Part shown: piece by piece, positions 51,581-61,047 of the stretch | Layout: each line of letters starts with the position of its first letter | Position numbering within the stretch: position 1 is the first letter of the stretch | DNA from: Gammaproteobacteria bacterium | GTDB lineage: Bacteria > Pseudomonadota > Gammaproteobacteria > JACKNK01 | Reading direction: 5' to 3' | DNA: 64,000 nt | NCBI GenBank assembly: GCA_049604295.1 | Contig: JBMYTL010000004.1 | Span: 9,952 to 73,951 of the forward strand | Notes under the pieces: model-generated | Database searches by the model: none | The model's input: only the letters and a program-made list of their open reading frames with translations | Told to the model about the DNA's origin: nothing | Program-made: the position numbers and the translations under genes

Positions 51581-52573
51581 GTGTTCCTAGGCTATATCCA
51601 CTATTTCCGGGCCCTCGCCATCCTGTTCATCGTGGCGGGGCACTCCATCGATGCGCTGGTCTGGAACGACAACCCGCTCACCGGCGACCTGCTGCGCATC
51701 TACATATCCAACGGCAGCACCCTGTTCGTGTTCATCGCCGGGTACCTGTTTCAGCACCTGGGGCACAAATTCAGTGCCGGTCGTTATTACCGGGCAAAGC
51801 TCAAGAACGTCATCCTCCCCTACCTGCTGGTGTCGATCCCGGCCATCGTCGTGTTCACGGTGTTCACCGAGCGGGAGATCGTACCCGCCGGTCTCTATGA
51901 CCAACCGGTATGGATGCAGGTGCTGATGTTTTACGCCACCGGCCGCCACCTCACCCCCCTGTGGTTCGTGCCGATGATCACGCTCTTCTACCTCGTAGGG
52001 CCGCTGCTGATCCGCGCCGATCGCGATACACGCATCTATTACGGCCTGCCGGTATTCATGCTGATCTCCTGCCTGAATGCCCGTGGCCTGCCCTATGAGA
52101 GCTTCGTGCATTTCTTCTCCGTCTACCTGTTGGGTATGTGGGCCAGCCACTACAAGGAGCGGCTCAATCCCCTGATCAGCGGCCTGCCCTTTCTGCTCGT
52201 CGCCGCCGTGTTGATCAACGCCTTCGCCGTCTCCGAGCTGGTGTTCATGGAATCCACCATGACCTGGCTGAACTACCTGCAGAAGACGACCCTTTCACTG
52301 TTTTTCCTGGGGCTGTTCTACCGCTTCAACGAACACCTGGATTCACCGTTCGTCAGTTACGTCGCCGATGTGAGTTTCGGCGTGTTCTTCATCCACTCCT
52401 ACTTCCTTACCGCCAACAAGATGGCGTACACGCACCTCACCGGCACCCTGCCCGAGGGCAATCTGTTCATCTATGTACCGGTGGCCCTGGTCACGCTGTT
52501 CGCCTGCGTGCTCATGATCCACATCATCAAGAAGCTGACCGGGCGCCACAGCCGTATGCTGGTCGGGAGCTGA
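51581..52573 (+). CDS. acyltransferase-3 family membrane protein
   Basis: GTG start behind GGAAGA. N-terminal [17 protein letters not shown] (the R..A...V..H motif of acyltransferase 3) and about 10 TM helices. Confidence 0.5.
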   Translation: MFLGYIHYFRALAILFIVAGHSIDALVWNDNPLTGDLLRIYISNGSTLFVFIAGYLFQHLGHKFSAGRYYRAKLKNVILPYLLVSIPAIVVFTVFTEREIVPAGLYDQPVWMQVLMFYATGRHLTPLWFVPMITLFYLVGPLLIRADRDTRIYYGLPVFMLISCLNARGLPYESFVHFFSVYLLGMWASHYKERLNPLISGLPFLLVAAVLINAFAVSELVFMESTMTWLNYLQKTTLSLFFLGLFYRFNEHLDSPFVSYVADVSFGVFFIHSYFLTANKMAYTHLTGTLPEGNLFIYVPVALVTLFACVLMIHIIKKLTGRHSRMLVGS

Positions 52574-52597
52574 GCGGCAGACACCCCTCCCCTCCCA

Positions 52598-54167
52598 TCA
52601 AGGGTCCGATAGAGCGGTATTGATGCGCCCAAGCAGTTGGGTCTTCAGCGGTTCCGGAACATCCGCGGCGCGTAATGCATCGCGGTATCCGCGCAAGAGG
52701 TGCCCGTCCCCCAATTCTTCCGCCGCCCTCACGGCCACCCACCAGGCCTGGGGATTGGTCGGACCGTGGTTGAGTGCCAACTCGGCATACCCCCGCGCCT
52801 CGTGAAAATATCCCGCGCGCAGAAACTGCACCGCGCGCTCCAGTTCGTGCGCCACGTAACGGGGGTCACGGCTGAGTTGGACCAGAAAGGACGGGCGTGC
52901 CTCAATGGCCGGCGTCCAGGGGTTACGCAGACCGATGACGGCAATGACGAGCCCCCAGAGCACCACAAGCCACATGCCGATACGTACTGCCGGGCGCAGT
53001 GCGCGGATACGCGCCCAGGGCACGTTGAAGAGCGCGTACAACGCCAGGGGCACCAACAACACATGCCAGCGGTTGCCATAGGCATGGCCGGACTGGTTGT
53101 TGCTGAACGCGATGGTGAGGGCGAAGAACAGCCCCAGGGTGCTGAGCACGATCCATGTCGCACGTGGGCGCCCCGCACGCAGCGCCAACAGACCGATCAG
53201 CGTCACGCTGTTGAAGACGAAGAAGCCGTGATGGCCCAGGAGGCTGTCGAAGCCATAGTTCAGGAACGCCCCGACACTGTCGTGTTTGACCCCCACCCCG
53301 GTGAGGATATGGGCATCGTGCTGCGAGCCCGGGTAGTTGAAGTGCTCCGGGTTCAGATTCACCGCCAGGGGGTTGCCAGCGATGGCCCAGGACAGCCCCC
53401 CATGCACGAGCACCGGCAGTGCCGCCCCCGCCAGCGCCGCGAGCGTGCTGCGCCGTGCGGCCCACAGGTCCGGCGCCATCCAGGCGAGATAGGCCAGCGC
53501 GAAGGTGACCACCAGGGGGTCGATGACCAGCGCCAGGCCCAGAATCAGCCCCAGCCCGAAACCGGGCATCGCGCCTCTGGCGCGGTCTGTATCCGGTGCC
53601 ACCCGGTCCCAGAACAGCAGCAGCAGGGCCGCCGCCACGATGTGGGCATTGAGTGCCGTCGCGAACACGCCCACCTGGCTGGCCGCCGGCAGCACGATCG
53701 CCAAGGTGGCGGCCGCGACAGGTGGCCATTGCGATGCCAGGGCCCGGCGCATGAAAACGGCCGCGACAAGCAGGAACGACAGCCCCGATGTGGCGACCAC
53801 CAGCAGGGAGTGGATCGCGGGCAGGTCCGCGCTCCAATTCCATCCCAGCACGCTCTGCATGACGGCCAGGAACGCCGCGTAGAACAGGGACAGGACGGGC
53901 GGCTTGTCGGAATAGTAATGCCCCGCCACCAGGATCCGGTCGCAGGTGTAGTTGAAGCGGCTGTGATCGATGCTCAGGCTGCCGTGATTGACCAGGGCAT
54001 CGGCTGCCGCCAGACGCGAAGTATCGTGACAGGGGCCCGGAAGGTCCCGGGCCAGCCAGACCAACAGCGACACACACACCAGCAGGGCCAGCAGCGGCAC
54101 CCCGGACCGCGGGTGCGTTGCGTTTCCGCGCCGGGTGTCGGGAGCTGCTGTGTCTGCGCTTTTCATG
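52598..54167 (-). CDS. GT-C fold glycosyltransferase (ArnT/PMT_2, GT83-like) with a C-terminal TPR-like tail
   Basis: Polytopic membrane protein with the first-loop motif HYYSDKPPVLSLFYAA (the Y-x-x-KPP-l motif of ArnT/PMT families). Start at the internal ATG 54167 (MKSADTAAP), which avoids overlap with the divergent ushA-like gene. The upstream 120-aa extension is Cys/Arg/Gly junk. Confidence 0.65.
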
Positions 54168-54310
54168 GACGCGCAGTGTTCCAGTTCCGGGCGTCCGCCG
54201 CATCCACCGCGGCACATTCGACGGCATCGGGTCGACGCCGAGGCGACGTTGTCGCATCGATCCGATAGCCTCGGGGGGTATGGCCCATTCCAACCACAAG
54301 GATTCATGCG

Positions 54311-55957
54311 ATGTCCCGGTCGACCCTGTCGAGTGCCTGCCTCACCCTGGCACTGCTCGCCCCACTCACACTGCCCGAGGCGCACGCGGCCGGCACGGCA
54401 ACATTGCTGACCGTCAACGACGTCTACCGGATCTCCGGCATCGAAGACGGTCGCCGTGGTGGAATCGCCCGACTGCGCACCCTGCGCGCCAACCTCGAGG
54501 CCCAGGGCACGGACCCGGTCCTCCTGCATGCGGGCGATTTCCTGTTTCCGTCACTGCTCAGCCGTCGTTATCGGGGGGAGCAGATGATCGACCTGCTCAA
54601 CCGCCTGGACGGCGACGCCAGCGCATTCGATGAGCGCCTGTTCATCACCTTCGGCAACCACGAATTCGACAAATCCCGACGCAGGGACGCGTCCATGCTG
54701 CGCCAGCGGATCCGGGAATCGGACTTCCGCTGGCTCAATGCCAACGTGCTCTTTGCCCGGGATGAGTCCAACCGCCCGATGATCAGTGCATCCAACCTTA
54801 TGGCGCACACGCTTATCGAGAGCGGTGGGGTCCGCGTGGGCCTGTTCGCGCTCACCACGGATGTGAAGGCCGCCGAGTACATCGAGCGCTTCGCCGAGCC
54901 CGAACCCACGGCGGCGCTGATGACCGCCCTGCTGCGCCAGCAGGGCGCCGACGTGGTGGTGGCCCTGACGCACCTGCGCGCCGAACGGGACGAGGCCCTG
55001 CTACGTGCCCTGGGCGACGCGGGCCCCGATCTGATCGTGGGCGGGCACGAACACGAACGCCAGGTGCACCTTGCCGGTGGGCACAGACGGGTAATAAAAG
55101 CGGATGCGGATGCCGTCACGGCGGCCGTGATCCGTGTGCACGTGGATGACTCGGGTGGCGTCCGGATCAGCCATGAGTTCATCGCTCTGGATGAATCCGT
55201 CTCACCCGCGCCTGACGTTGCCGCCCGTGCGCACCATTGGCAGGAGCGCTACGAGCGGGAGACCTGTGCCGAACAGGGCGAGCGCGCGGATTGTCTGAGC
55301 GAACCGCTCGGCCACACCCGCGTGAAACTGATTGCCGAGGAACTGGAGATCCGACGCTACGAGACCAACCTGGGGAACTTCGTCATTGACCAGGGACTCG
55401 CCGCGTTCGCCGACCAGGGGGCCCAGGCCGCCATCATCAACTCGGGCAGCCTGCGTCTGAACCAGAATATTCCAGCCGGTGCCGCGCTGACCCAGCGCAC
55501 CCTCGGCGAGCTGTTCGCCTACCCGAGCCCCATGTCACTGATCCGCATCGACGGACGCACGCTGCGGGCGGTATTGGCCCATGCCATCACCGATTGGACG
55601 GGTAACGGACGCTGGCTGCAGATCGCGGGCTTCGCGTGGCGCCACGACCCCACAACCGCAACCGCTACCGATATCACCCTCCTGAGTGATGACGGCCCCC
55701 GACCGATCAAAGACGAGGAGTCGATACTCATGGTCGTCAATGACTACCTTCTGGACCCATCGGGCGACCAGGACGGTTACACCATGCTCGGCCCTCAGCT
55801 ACGGGTGCCCAGCGGTCGCGCCGCACCGGACCTGCGGGACCTGGTGGCGGCAGCCCTGCGCGCATCCGGTGAGCGCGGCATCGCCCCGCGAATAGAGGGA
55901 CGCATCTGCACCGTGAGCCGCGAAGGCCCCTGCCTGGCCGTCAGCGCGGCGGACTGA
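54311..55957 (+). CDS. periplasmic bifunctional metallophosphatase / 5'-nucleotidase (UshA-like)
   Basis: Signal peptide, calcineurin-like phosphoesterase motifs (GDFLFPS, GNHEFD, GGHEHE) and a C-terminal 5'-nucleotidase substrate-binding domain. Confidence 0.75.
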   Translation: MSRSTLSSACLTLALLAPLTLPEAHAAGTATLLTVNDVYRISGIEDGRRGGIARLRTLRANLEAQGTDPVLLHAGDFLFPSLLSRRYRGEQMIDLLNRLDGDASAFDERLFITFGNHEFDKSRRRDASMLRQRIRESDFRWLNANVLFARDESNRPMISASNLMAHTLIESGGVRVGLFALTTDVKAAEYIERFAEPEPTAALMTALLRQQGADVVVALTHLRAERDEALLRALGDAGPDLIVGGHEHERQVHLAGGHRRVIKADADAVTAAVIRVHVDDSGGVRISHEFIALDESVSPAPDVAARAHHWQERYERETCAEQGERADCLSEPLGHTRVKLIAEELEIRRYETNLGNFVIDQGLAAFADQGAQAAIINSGSLRLNQNIPAGAALTQRTLGELFAYPSPMSLIRIDGRTLRAVLAHAITDWTGNGRWLQIAGFAWRHDPTTATATDITLLSDDGPRPIKDEESILMVVNDYLLDPSGDQDGYTMLGPQLRVPSGRAAPDLRDLVAAALRASGERGIAPRIEGRICTVSREGPCLAVSAAD

Positions 55958-55995
55958 GCCCGGTCCGGGCAGCGTCACACAGCGGCCGCTTGGGC

Positions 55996-57564
55996 TCAAT
56001 CGGCCGCCGGTGCGTCCGGGCCGATTGCCCGCCCATCCCCCGCGGGCTCCGCCTCGCGGATCAACTCCCCGGCACTCAGCCCCAGCGGCTGTCGTTCGAT
56101 CATGGGCGGTTCGCCCAGGGCCTCGTCATTCATCTTGCCCGCCAGAGCGGGAAACTGCCGGGCACTGACCAGTACGCGCGACTCAAGACTGCGCACGGAG
56201 CGGTTGTAGGCTTCGACGGCTTGGTCCAGGCGTGTTCCCAGCTTGCTCCAATGACCGGACAGAACACCGATCCGCTCGTACAAAGTCTTGCCCAGCTCGG
56301 CGATCTCGCGTGCATTGCGGGCCAGGGCCTCCTGCTGCCAGCCATAGGCCACGGCCTTGAGCAGGGCGATGAGCGTGGTGGGGCTGGCGGGTATCACCTT
56401 CTGGCCCGCCGCGTATTCGATCAGGTCCAGGTCCTGGCTGAGGGCGGCGCTGAAGAAAGCCTCCCCCGGCACGAACAGGACGACGAATTCGGGGGTGAAA
56501 TCGAACTGGTCGAAATAGCTTTTCCGCCCCAGATCGTTGACGTGTTTCTTCACCTGGGCCGCGTGCCGCGCGAGTTGAACCAGGCGCTCATCCTCGCTGT
56601 TCGCTTCCACCGCGCTGAGATAGGCATCCACCGGGGCCTTGGCATCCACGACGATGCGTCCGCCGCCAGGCAGGTGCACGACCATGTCGGGGCGTAGGCG
56701 TCCCTCCTCGGTCGTGGTGTTGACCTGCTCATCGAAGTCGCAGTGCTCGAGCATGCCCGCCATTTCCACGACCCGGCGTAACTGGACCTCACCCCAGCGG
56801 CCCCGGGTCTGAGGCTGCCGCAGGGCCTTGACGAGGTTCTCGGTCTGCGCCCGGATCTGGGGCAGCTGCACCTCCATGAGGGTCTTCACCTGCTGATTGA
56901 GGCCCTCGTAGGCCCCGATCCGGTCCTTCTCCAGTTGCGCCAGCTTGCCGTCGAACTGTTCCAGTCGCTCGCGGATAGGCCGGGTGATCTGCTCGATGCT
57001 CTTCTGACGCTGACTCAGGTCATCCCGCGCCCCTTCCTGGTACTTGTCCAGGACAGTGCGGGCCAGCTGCATGAAGGACTCGTTGTTGGACTTCAGAGCC
57101 TTGGAGGACAGGGCCTGGAAGGCCGCTGAGAGTTCATCGCGCGCCTCCTTCACCACCGCGAGTTTTTCCGCCGCCTGCCGCCGCTCCTGGGCGAGCCGTT
57201 CTTCCAACTCACTGTGCCGAGCCCGCGCCTCGGACAACTGCCGGATCAATCCCGTCTCACGCTGCTCAAGCTCCCCGACCCGCTGTTCCAGGCGCTCGAC
57301 CCGCGCGTCACGCTCTTGCAGCTGCTGGTCACGCACGCGGATATCACCGTCCCGGGACGACAGACTCAGCTCCAGGGCTCGGGCATGTTCCGTCGCCGTG
57401 TGTATCGCCTCCTCCAGGCGCGCACGCTCGGCGGCGAAACGACGCTCCGCGCGCCGCGCCCAGAGCAGAAACGCAACCAAACCGGAAAGGACACCCGCCA
57501 GGGCCGCGAGCGCCCATTGCAGTGCCGGCTCGAGCGCGGCGAATTGTTCGTACCAATGTTCCAT
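55996..57564 (-). CDS. rmuC: DNA recombination protein RmuC
   Basis: N-terminal TM, a long coiled coil and the RmuC nuclease-like C-terminal domain. Confidence 0.8.
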   Translation of the reverse strand: MEHWYEQFAALEPALQWALAALAGVLSGLVAFLLWARRAERRFAAERARLEEAIHTATEHARALELSLSSRDGDIRVRDQQLQERDARVERLEQRVGELEQRETGLIRQLSEARARHSELEERLAQERRQAAEKLAVVKEARDELSAAFQALSSKALKSNNESFMQLARTVLDKYQEGARDDLSQRQKSIEQITRPIRERLEQFDGKLAQLEKDRIGAYEGLNQQVKTLMEVQLPQIRAQTENLVKALRQPQTRGRWGEVQLRRVVEMAGMLEHCDFDEQVNTTTEEGRLRPDMVVHLPGGGRIVVDAKAPVDAYLSAVEANSEDERLVQLARHAAQVKKHVNDLGRKSYFDQFDFTPEFVVLFVPGEAFFSAALSQDLDLIEYAAGQKVIPASPTTLIALLKAVAYGWQQEALARNAREIAELGKTLYERIGVLSGHWSKLGTRLDQAVEAYNRSVRSLESRVLVSARQFPALAGKMNDEALGEPPMIERQPLGLSAGELIREAEPAGDGRAIGPDAPAAD

Positions 57565-57652
57565 GGGCGCGGCAGTCTAACGCGCATTTCCCGCCACCCC
57601 ACTCACCATTACCGTGCCACCGCATCGGGCCCCGCGGAAGTGCGTCAGGCGC

Positions 57653-60151
57653 TCAGTCCGACTCAGGGATGGTGCTCGGACCGATCTCCCAGCGCCCCGG
57701 CAGCAGGTCGAGCACCGACCGTATGATCGAATCGCCCCCACCCTCCTCGCGCGTTCCATCGACGGCTCCATCCCCCCCCGCACAGGGGGCGATACGCCCC
57801 GGCCCCGAGCCGACGATGAAAGGCATCTCGAAAGCGCCCGTGCATCCGGTGTCCGCGAAATAGCCCGTCTGAGGGTCCACCCAGCGCCATTCCACACCCG
57901 GAGGCGGATCCAGTCGCAGATTGCGCACGCCGATGCGGCGCATGATATCGGCCCAGACCAGCATGGCCCCTGATGCGCCGGTTAATCGGCTCGGCGAGTT
58001 GTCGTCCATGCCCAGCCAGACCACGCCCAGGCGATCGGCGGAAAACCCCGCGAACCAGGAATCGCGCAGATCGTCGGTGGTGCCGGTCTTCCCGGCCACC
58101 CAGGTGTCCTTCCCCAACATGGTCTTGAGGTAGCGTGCGGTACCCTCGCGGGTGACACCGACCATGGCCGTTTTGGTGAGGAACACCGCGCCCGGTTCCA
58201 GGGCCTGTTCCACCTCGAGCGGATAACGCTGCAGCGGACGGTCATCGGCATCGGACACCGAGCGTATGGCCTTCACCGGGGTGCGGAAACCGCCCCCCGC
58301 CAGAGTCTGGTACATGCGGGTGACATCCAGCGGGGAAAGATCCGTGGCGCCGAGCAACAACGATGGGTAGGTGTTCAAGGGCTTGTCGACCCCCATGCGC
58401 CGCACGGTATCGATGACCGAATCCACGCCGATCTCCAGCCCGAGGCGGGCCGTCGAGGTGTTGTAGGAATGCACCAGTGCGTCGTAGAGCATGACCTGCC
58501 CATGGTTCTCGTTGTCCGCGTTCTTGGGTTCCCAGACGCTGCCATCCTGGCGGACGCGGTGGCTGATGGGACCATCGTCGACCAGGGTGGTCAGGGTGTA
58601 ACGCTCCGGCTGGCTCAGGGCCGTGAGATAGACTGCGGGTTTGATCAGAGATCCGATGGGCCGTGCCGCGTCCAGTGCACGGTTGAAGCCCGAGAAGGCC
58701 GGGTCCCGCCCCCCCACCAGGGCAAGCACCTCGCCAGAATCCGTACCCGTGACCACGGCCGCGCCCTGCAATTGCTCGGTCGGCAGTTTGAAGCGTTTCT
58801 CCAGGTAGCGGATACGTCCGGCCACCGAACGCTCAGCCGCGTCCTGAACCCCCGGATCGAGCGTGGTGAAGATCCGCAGGCCCTCGCTGGTCAGGTCCTC
58901 TTCACGGTAATCGCGCCGCAACTGACGGCGTACCAGCTCCATGAAGGCGGGGAAGCGCGTTGTCCCCGCGGGCGGGCGCTCGGTGACCCCCAGGGGGCGC
59001 GCCCGGGCGACCTCAACGGCATCCGCCCGGGCACTGCCCTGATCCTCCATAATGCCGAGCACCAGATTTCGCCGCTCGCGTGCACGCTCCGGGTTTCGAC
59101 GCGGGTTGTAGTAACTGGGCCCCTTGACCAATCCCACCAGCAGGGCCATGTGTTCCAGTTCCAACTCCGCCAGCGGCCGTCGGAAATAGAACCAACTGGC
59201 CTGGCCGAAACCGTGAATCGCGCGCCGCCCGGCCTGCCCCAGGTACACCTCGTTCAGGTAGGCCTCGAGGATCTCGTCCTTGTCATAATGGAACTCCAAC
59301 AGCAGGGCCATAAGGGCCTCGTTGATTTTCCTTTGCAGGGTACGCTCGCTGCTCAGGAAGAAATTCTTCACCAGCTGCTGGGTCAGCGTGGACCCTCCCT
59401 GCACCACCCCCCCCGCACGGATATTGGCCCACAGCGCGCGCGCGATGCCACGCGGGTCCACCCCGAAATGCCCCCGAAATCCCCGATCCTCGGTCTCTAT
59501 CAGGGCATTGATCAATGCCTTGGGCACATCCTCCAGGCGCACGAGGATGCGGTCTTCACCCGCTGATGGATAGATCCCGCCGATGTTCACGGGGTCCAGG
59601 CGCAGGATCCCCAGATCGCTTCCGCCGACGGAGCGCACGGACTCCACACGACCGTCCTTGAAATCGACCTGGACCCTGCGCGAAGGCTCCGCCCCGTCCC
59701 AGAAGCGGAAGGCGCGGCTGTGCAGCACGATACGTTGACGCCCCCGGGCGTAACTGCCGGTCTTGCCTGGATCGGCGACGCGCCGGTAACCGAGCATCTG
59801 GAGCTCACTCTCCAGGCCGTCACGATCCAGTTTCAGACCGGGAAATACCTCGAGCGGTCGGGCGTATACCTGTGCGGGCAGGGACCAGCGCTTACCCTCA
59901 AAGCGGTCGGTGACCTGATAATCGAGGTAGGCCAGATAGGGCAGAAACAGAATCAGCCCGATCACAAGGACCCAACGCAGCGTCGCCCAAAGTCGGCGCT
60001 TCAACGGTGCCCCCCCGGAGGCACCCTTGCCGCCGCGCCCCTTGGGCTTGGCGGAAGAAGACGACTTTGCGGTGGTACCTGCGGCGGACTTGGCCTTACT
60101 CCTGCCCTGGCCACGCCGTGTCGGGTTACGCGATGGGCGACGGGTCGGCAC
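57653..60151 (-). CDS. mrcB: penicillin-binding protein 1B (bifunctional transglycosylase/transpeptidase)
   Basis: Basic cytoplasmic tail, a TM helix, UB2H-like region, GT51 motifs (EDRGFRGHFGVD, GGSTLTQQL), and TP motifs SLIKP and KTGT. Confidence 0.85.
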   Translation of the reverse strand: MPTRRPSRNPTRRGQGRSKAKSAAGTTAKSSSSAKPKGRGGKGASGGAPLKRRLWATLRWVLVIGLILFLPYLAYLDYQVTDRFEGKRWSLPAQVYARPLEVFPGLKLDRDGLESELQMLGYRRVADPGKTGSYARGRQRIVLHSRAFRFWDGAEPSRRVQVDFKDGRVESVRSVGGSDLGILRLDPVNIGGIYPSAGEDRILVRLEDVPKALINALIETEDRGFRGHFGVDPRGIARALWANIRAGGVVQGGSTLTQQLVKNFFLSSERTLQRKINEALMALLLEFHYDKDEILEAYLNEVYLGQAGRRAIHGFGQASWFYFRRPLAELELEHMALLVGLVKGPSYYNPRRNPERARERRNLVLGIMEDQGSARADAVEVARARPLGVTERPPAGTTRFPAFMELVRRQLRRDYREEDLTSEGLRIFTTLDPGVQDAAERSVAGRIRYLEKRFKLPTEQLQGAAVVTGTDSGEVLALVGGRDPAFSGFNRALDAARPIGSLIKPAVYLTALSQPERYTLTTLVDDGPISHRVRQDGSVWEPKNADNENHGQVMLYDALVHSYNTSTARLGLEIGVDSVIDTVRRMGVDKPLNTYPSLLLGATDLSPLDVTRMYQTLAGGGFRTPVKAIRSVSDADDRPLQRYPLEVEQALEPGAVFLTKTAMVGVTREGTARYLKTMLGKDTWVAGKTGTTDDLRDSWFAGFSADRLGVVWLGMDDNSPSRLTGASGAMLVWADIMRRIGVRNLRLDPPPGVEWRWVDPQTGYFADTGCTGAFEMPFIVGSGPGRIAPCAGGDGAVDGTREEGGGDSIIRSVLDLLPGRWEIGPSTIPESD

Positions 60152-60157
60152 GGAGAT

Positions 60158-60994
60158 TCAGCGGGTCAGGCTTCCGAACACCTTCTTGAGGTTGTCGGTG
60201 GTCCATTGGGCCGGGTTGTCACGGATCTTCTTCTCTTCCGCGGCCATCATGGTGTACAGGCCATCCAGTGCCCTCTGCGTGACATAGCCGTCGAGATCCT
60301 CGGCCTGGGTTTCACCTTTACCCAGGAGCGAGCCCAGACCACCAAAGCGACTGGCCTGATCCCGGGCAGCGCTGGCGAAACGCTTGTAGTACGAGGTCAG
60401 ATCGACGGCATCGGTCGCCTCCTCGACCAATGGCCGCATGCGGGTGCTGAGGTCCGAGTGGGTCGTGCGCCGCAGATAGTCGGTGGCCGCGGTATCGCCA
60501 CCCTGGAGAATCTGCTTGGCATCCTCAAAGCTCATGTTCGTGATCGCCTTGCTGAAAACGGGGGTGGCTTCGTGCACCGCCTTCTCGGCTGCGCGATTGA
60601 GCGTCGTCTCGAAATCATCGGCAAGGCTTTCGCGGCCCACCAGCGCCAGGCCCTTGCGCAAAGTTCCCATCTCCTCGGGCAGTGGAATACGGACCTTGGC
60701 ATTGCCCAGATAACCATCCACCGCGCCCAGGGACTCGATCGCCCGACCTGCGCCCTTCTCCAACGCCTGTTTGAGAGCCTTCGCCGTCTCTCCCTGGGTC
60801 AGGGACGCGAGACCACCGCCAACTGATTTGGAATCCGTTTGATCCCCCACGATTGCGGGCGCGGCCTCTTTCGCCTTGTTCAACCAGTCCTTCCAATCCG
60901 CATGCGCCGCGGTCGTCACGAGCAGCAGGCCGAGCACAACCGTCGGGCCGACCAGTGCGGCAAGGAGGGAGAAGCGGGATTCAGGGTGACGCAT
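60158..60994 (-). CDS. DUF4197-family periplasmic protein
   Basis: Signal peptide after MRHPESRF and a helical Ala/Lys-rich mature protein. The family call is from pattern memory. Confidence 0.45.
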   Translation of the reverse strand: MRHPESRFSLLAALVGPTVVLGLLLVTTAAHADWKDWLNKAKEAAPAIVGDQTDSKSVGGGLASLTQGETAKALKQALEKGAGRAIESLGAVDGYLGNAKVRIPLPEEMGTLRKGLALVGRESLADDFETTLNRAAEKAVHEATPVFSKAITNMSFEDAKQILQGGDTAATDYLRRTTHSDLSTRMRPLVEEATDAVDLTSYYKRFASAARDQASRFGGLGSLLGKGETQAEDLDGYVTQRALDGLYTMMAAEEKKIRDNPAQWTTDNLKKVFGSLTR

Positions 60995-61047
60995 ACGGAT
61001 GACCGGTGACGTGAACGGGAGCCGGGTTTGGCGGGACGTACTGGGGC

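Noticed and set aside
52700-54299. 522-aa + ORF and 458-aa minus ORF overlapping the GT-C glycosyltransferase
   Set aside because: Arg/Gly/Pro-rich alternative frames of the same high-GC membrane-protein gene.
54168-54529. 120-aa Cys/Arg/Gly-rich N-terminal extension of the glycosyltransferase ORF
   Set aside because: It would overlap the divergent ushA-like gene by about 220 bp and lacks membrane-protein character. The start was moved to the ATG at 54167, just before the first TM helix.
58469-60826. 365-aa and 368-aa + ORFs
   Set aside because: Antisense of mrcB and the DUF4197 gene.
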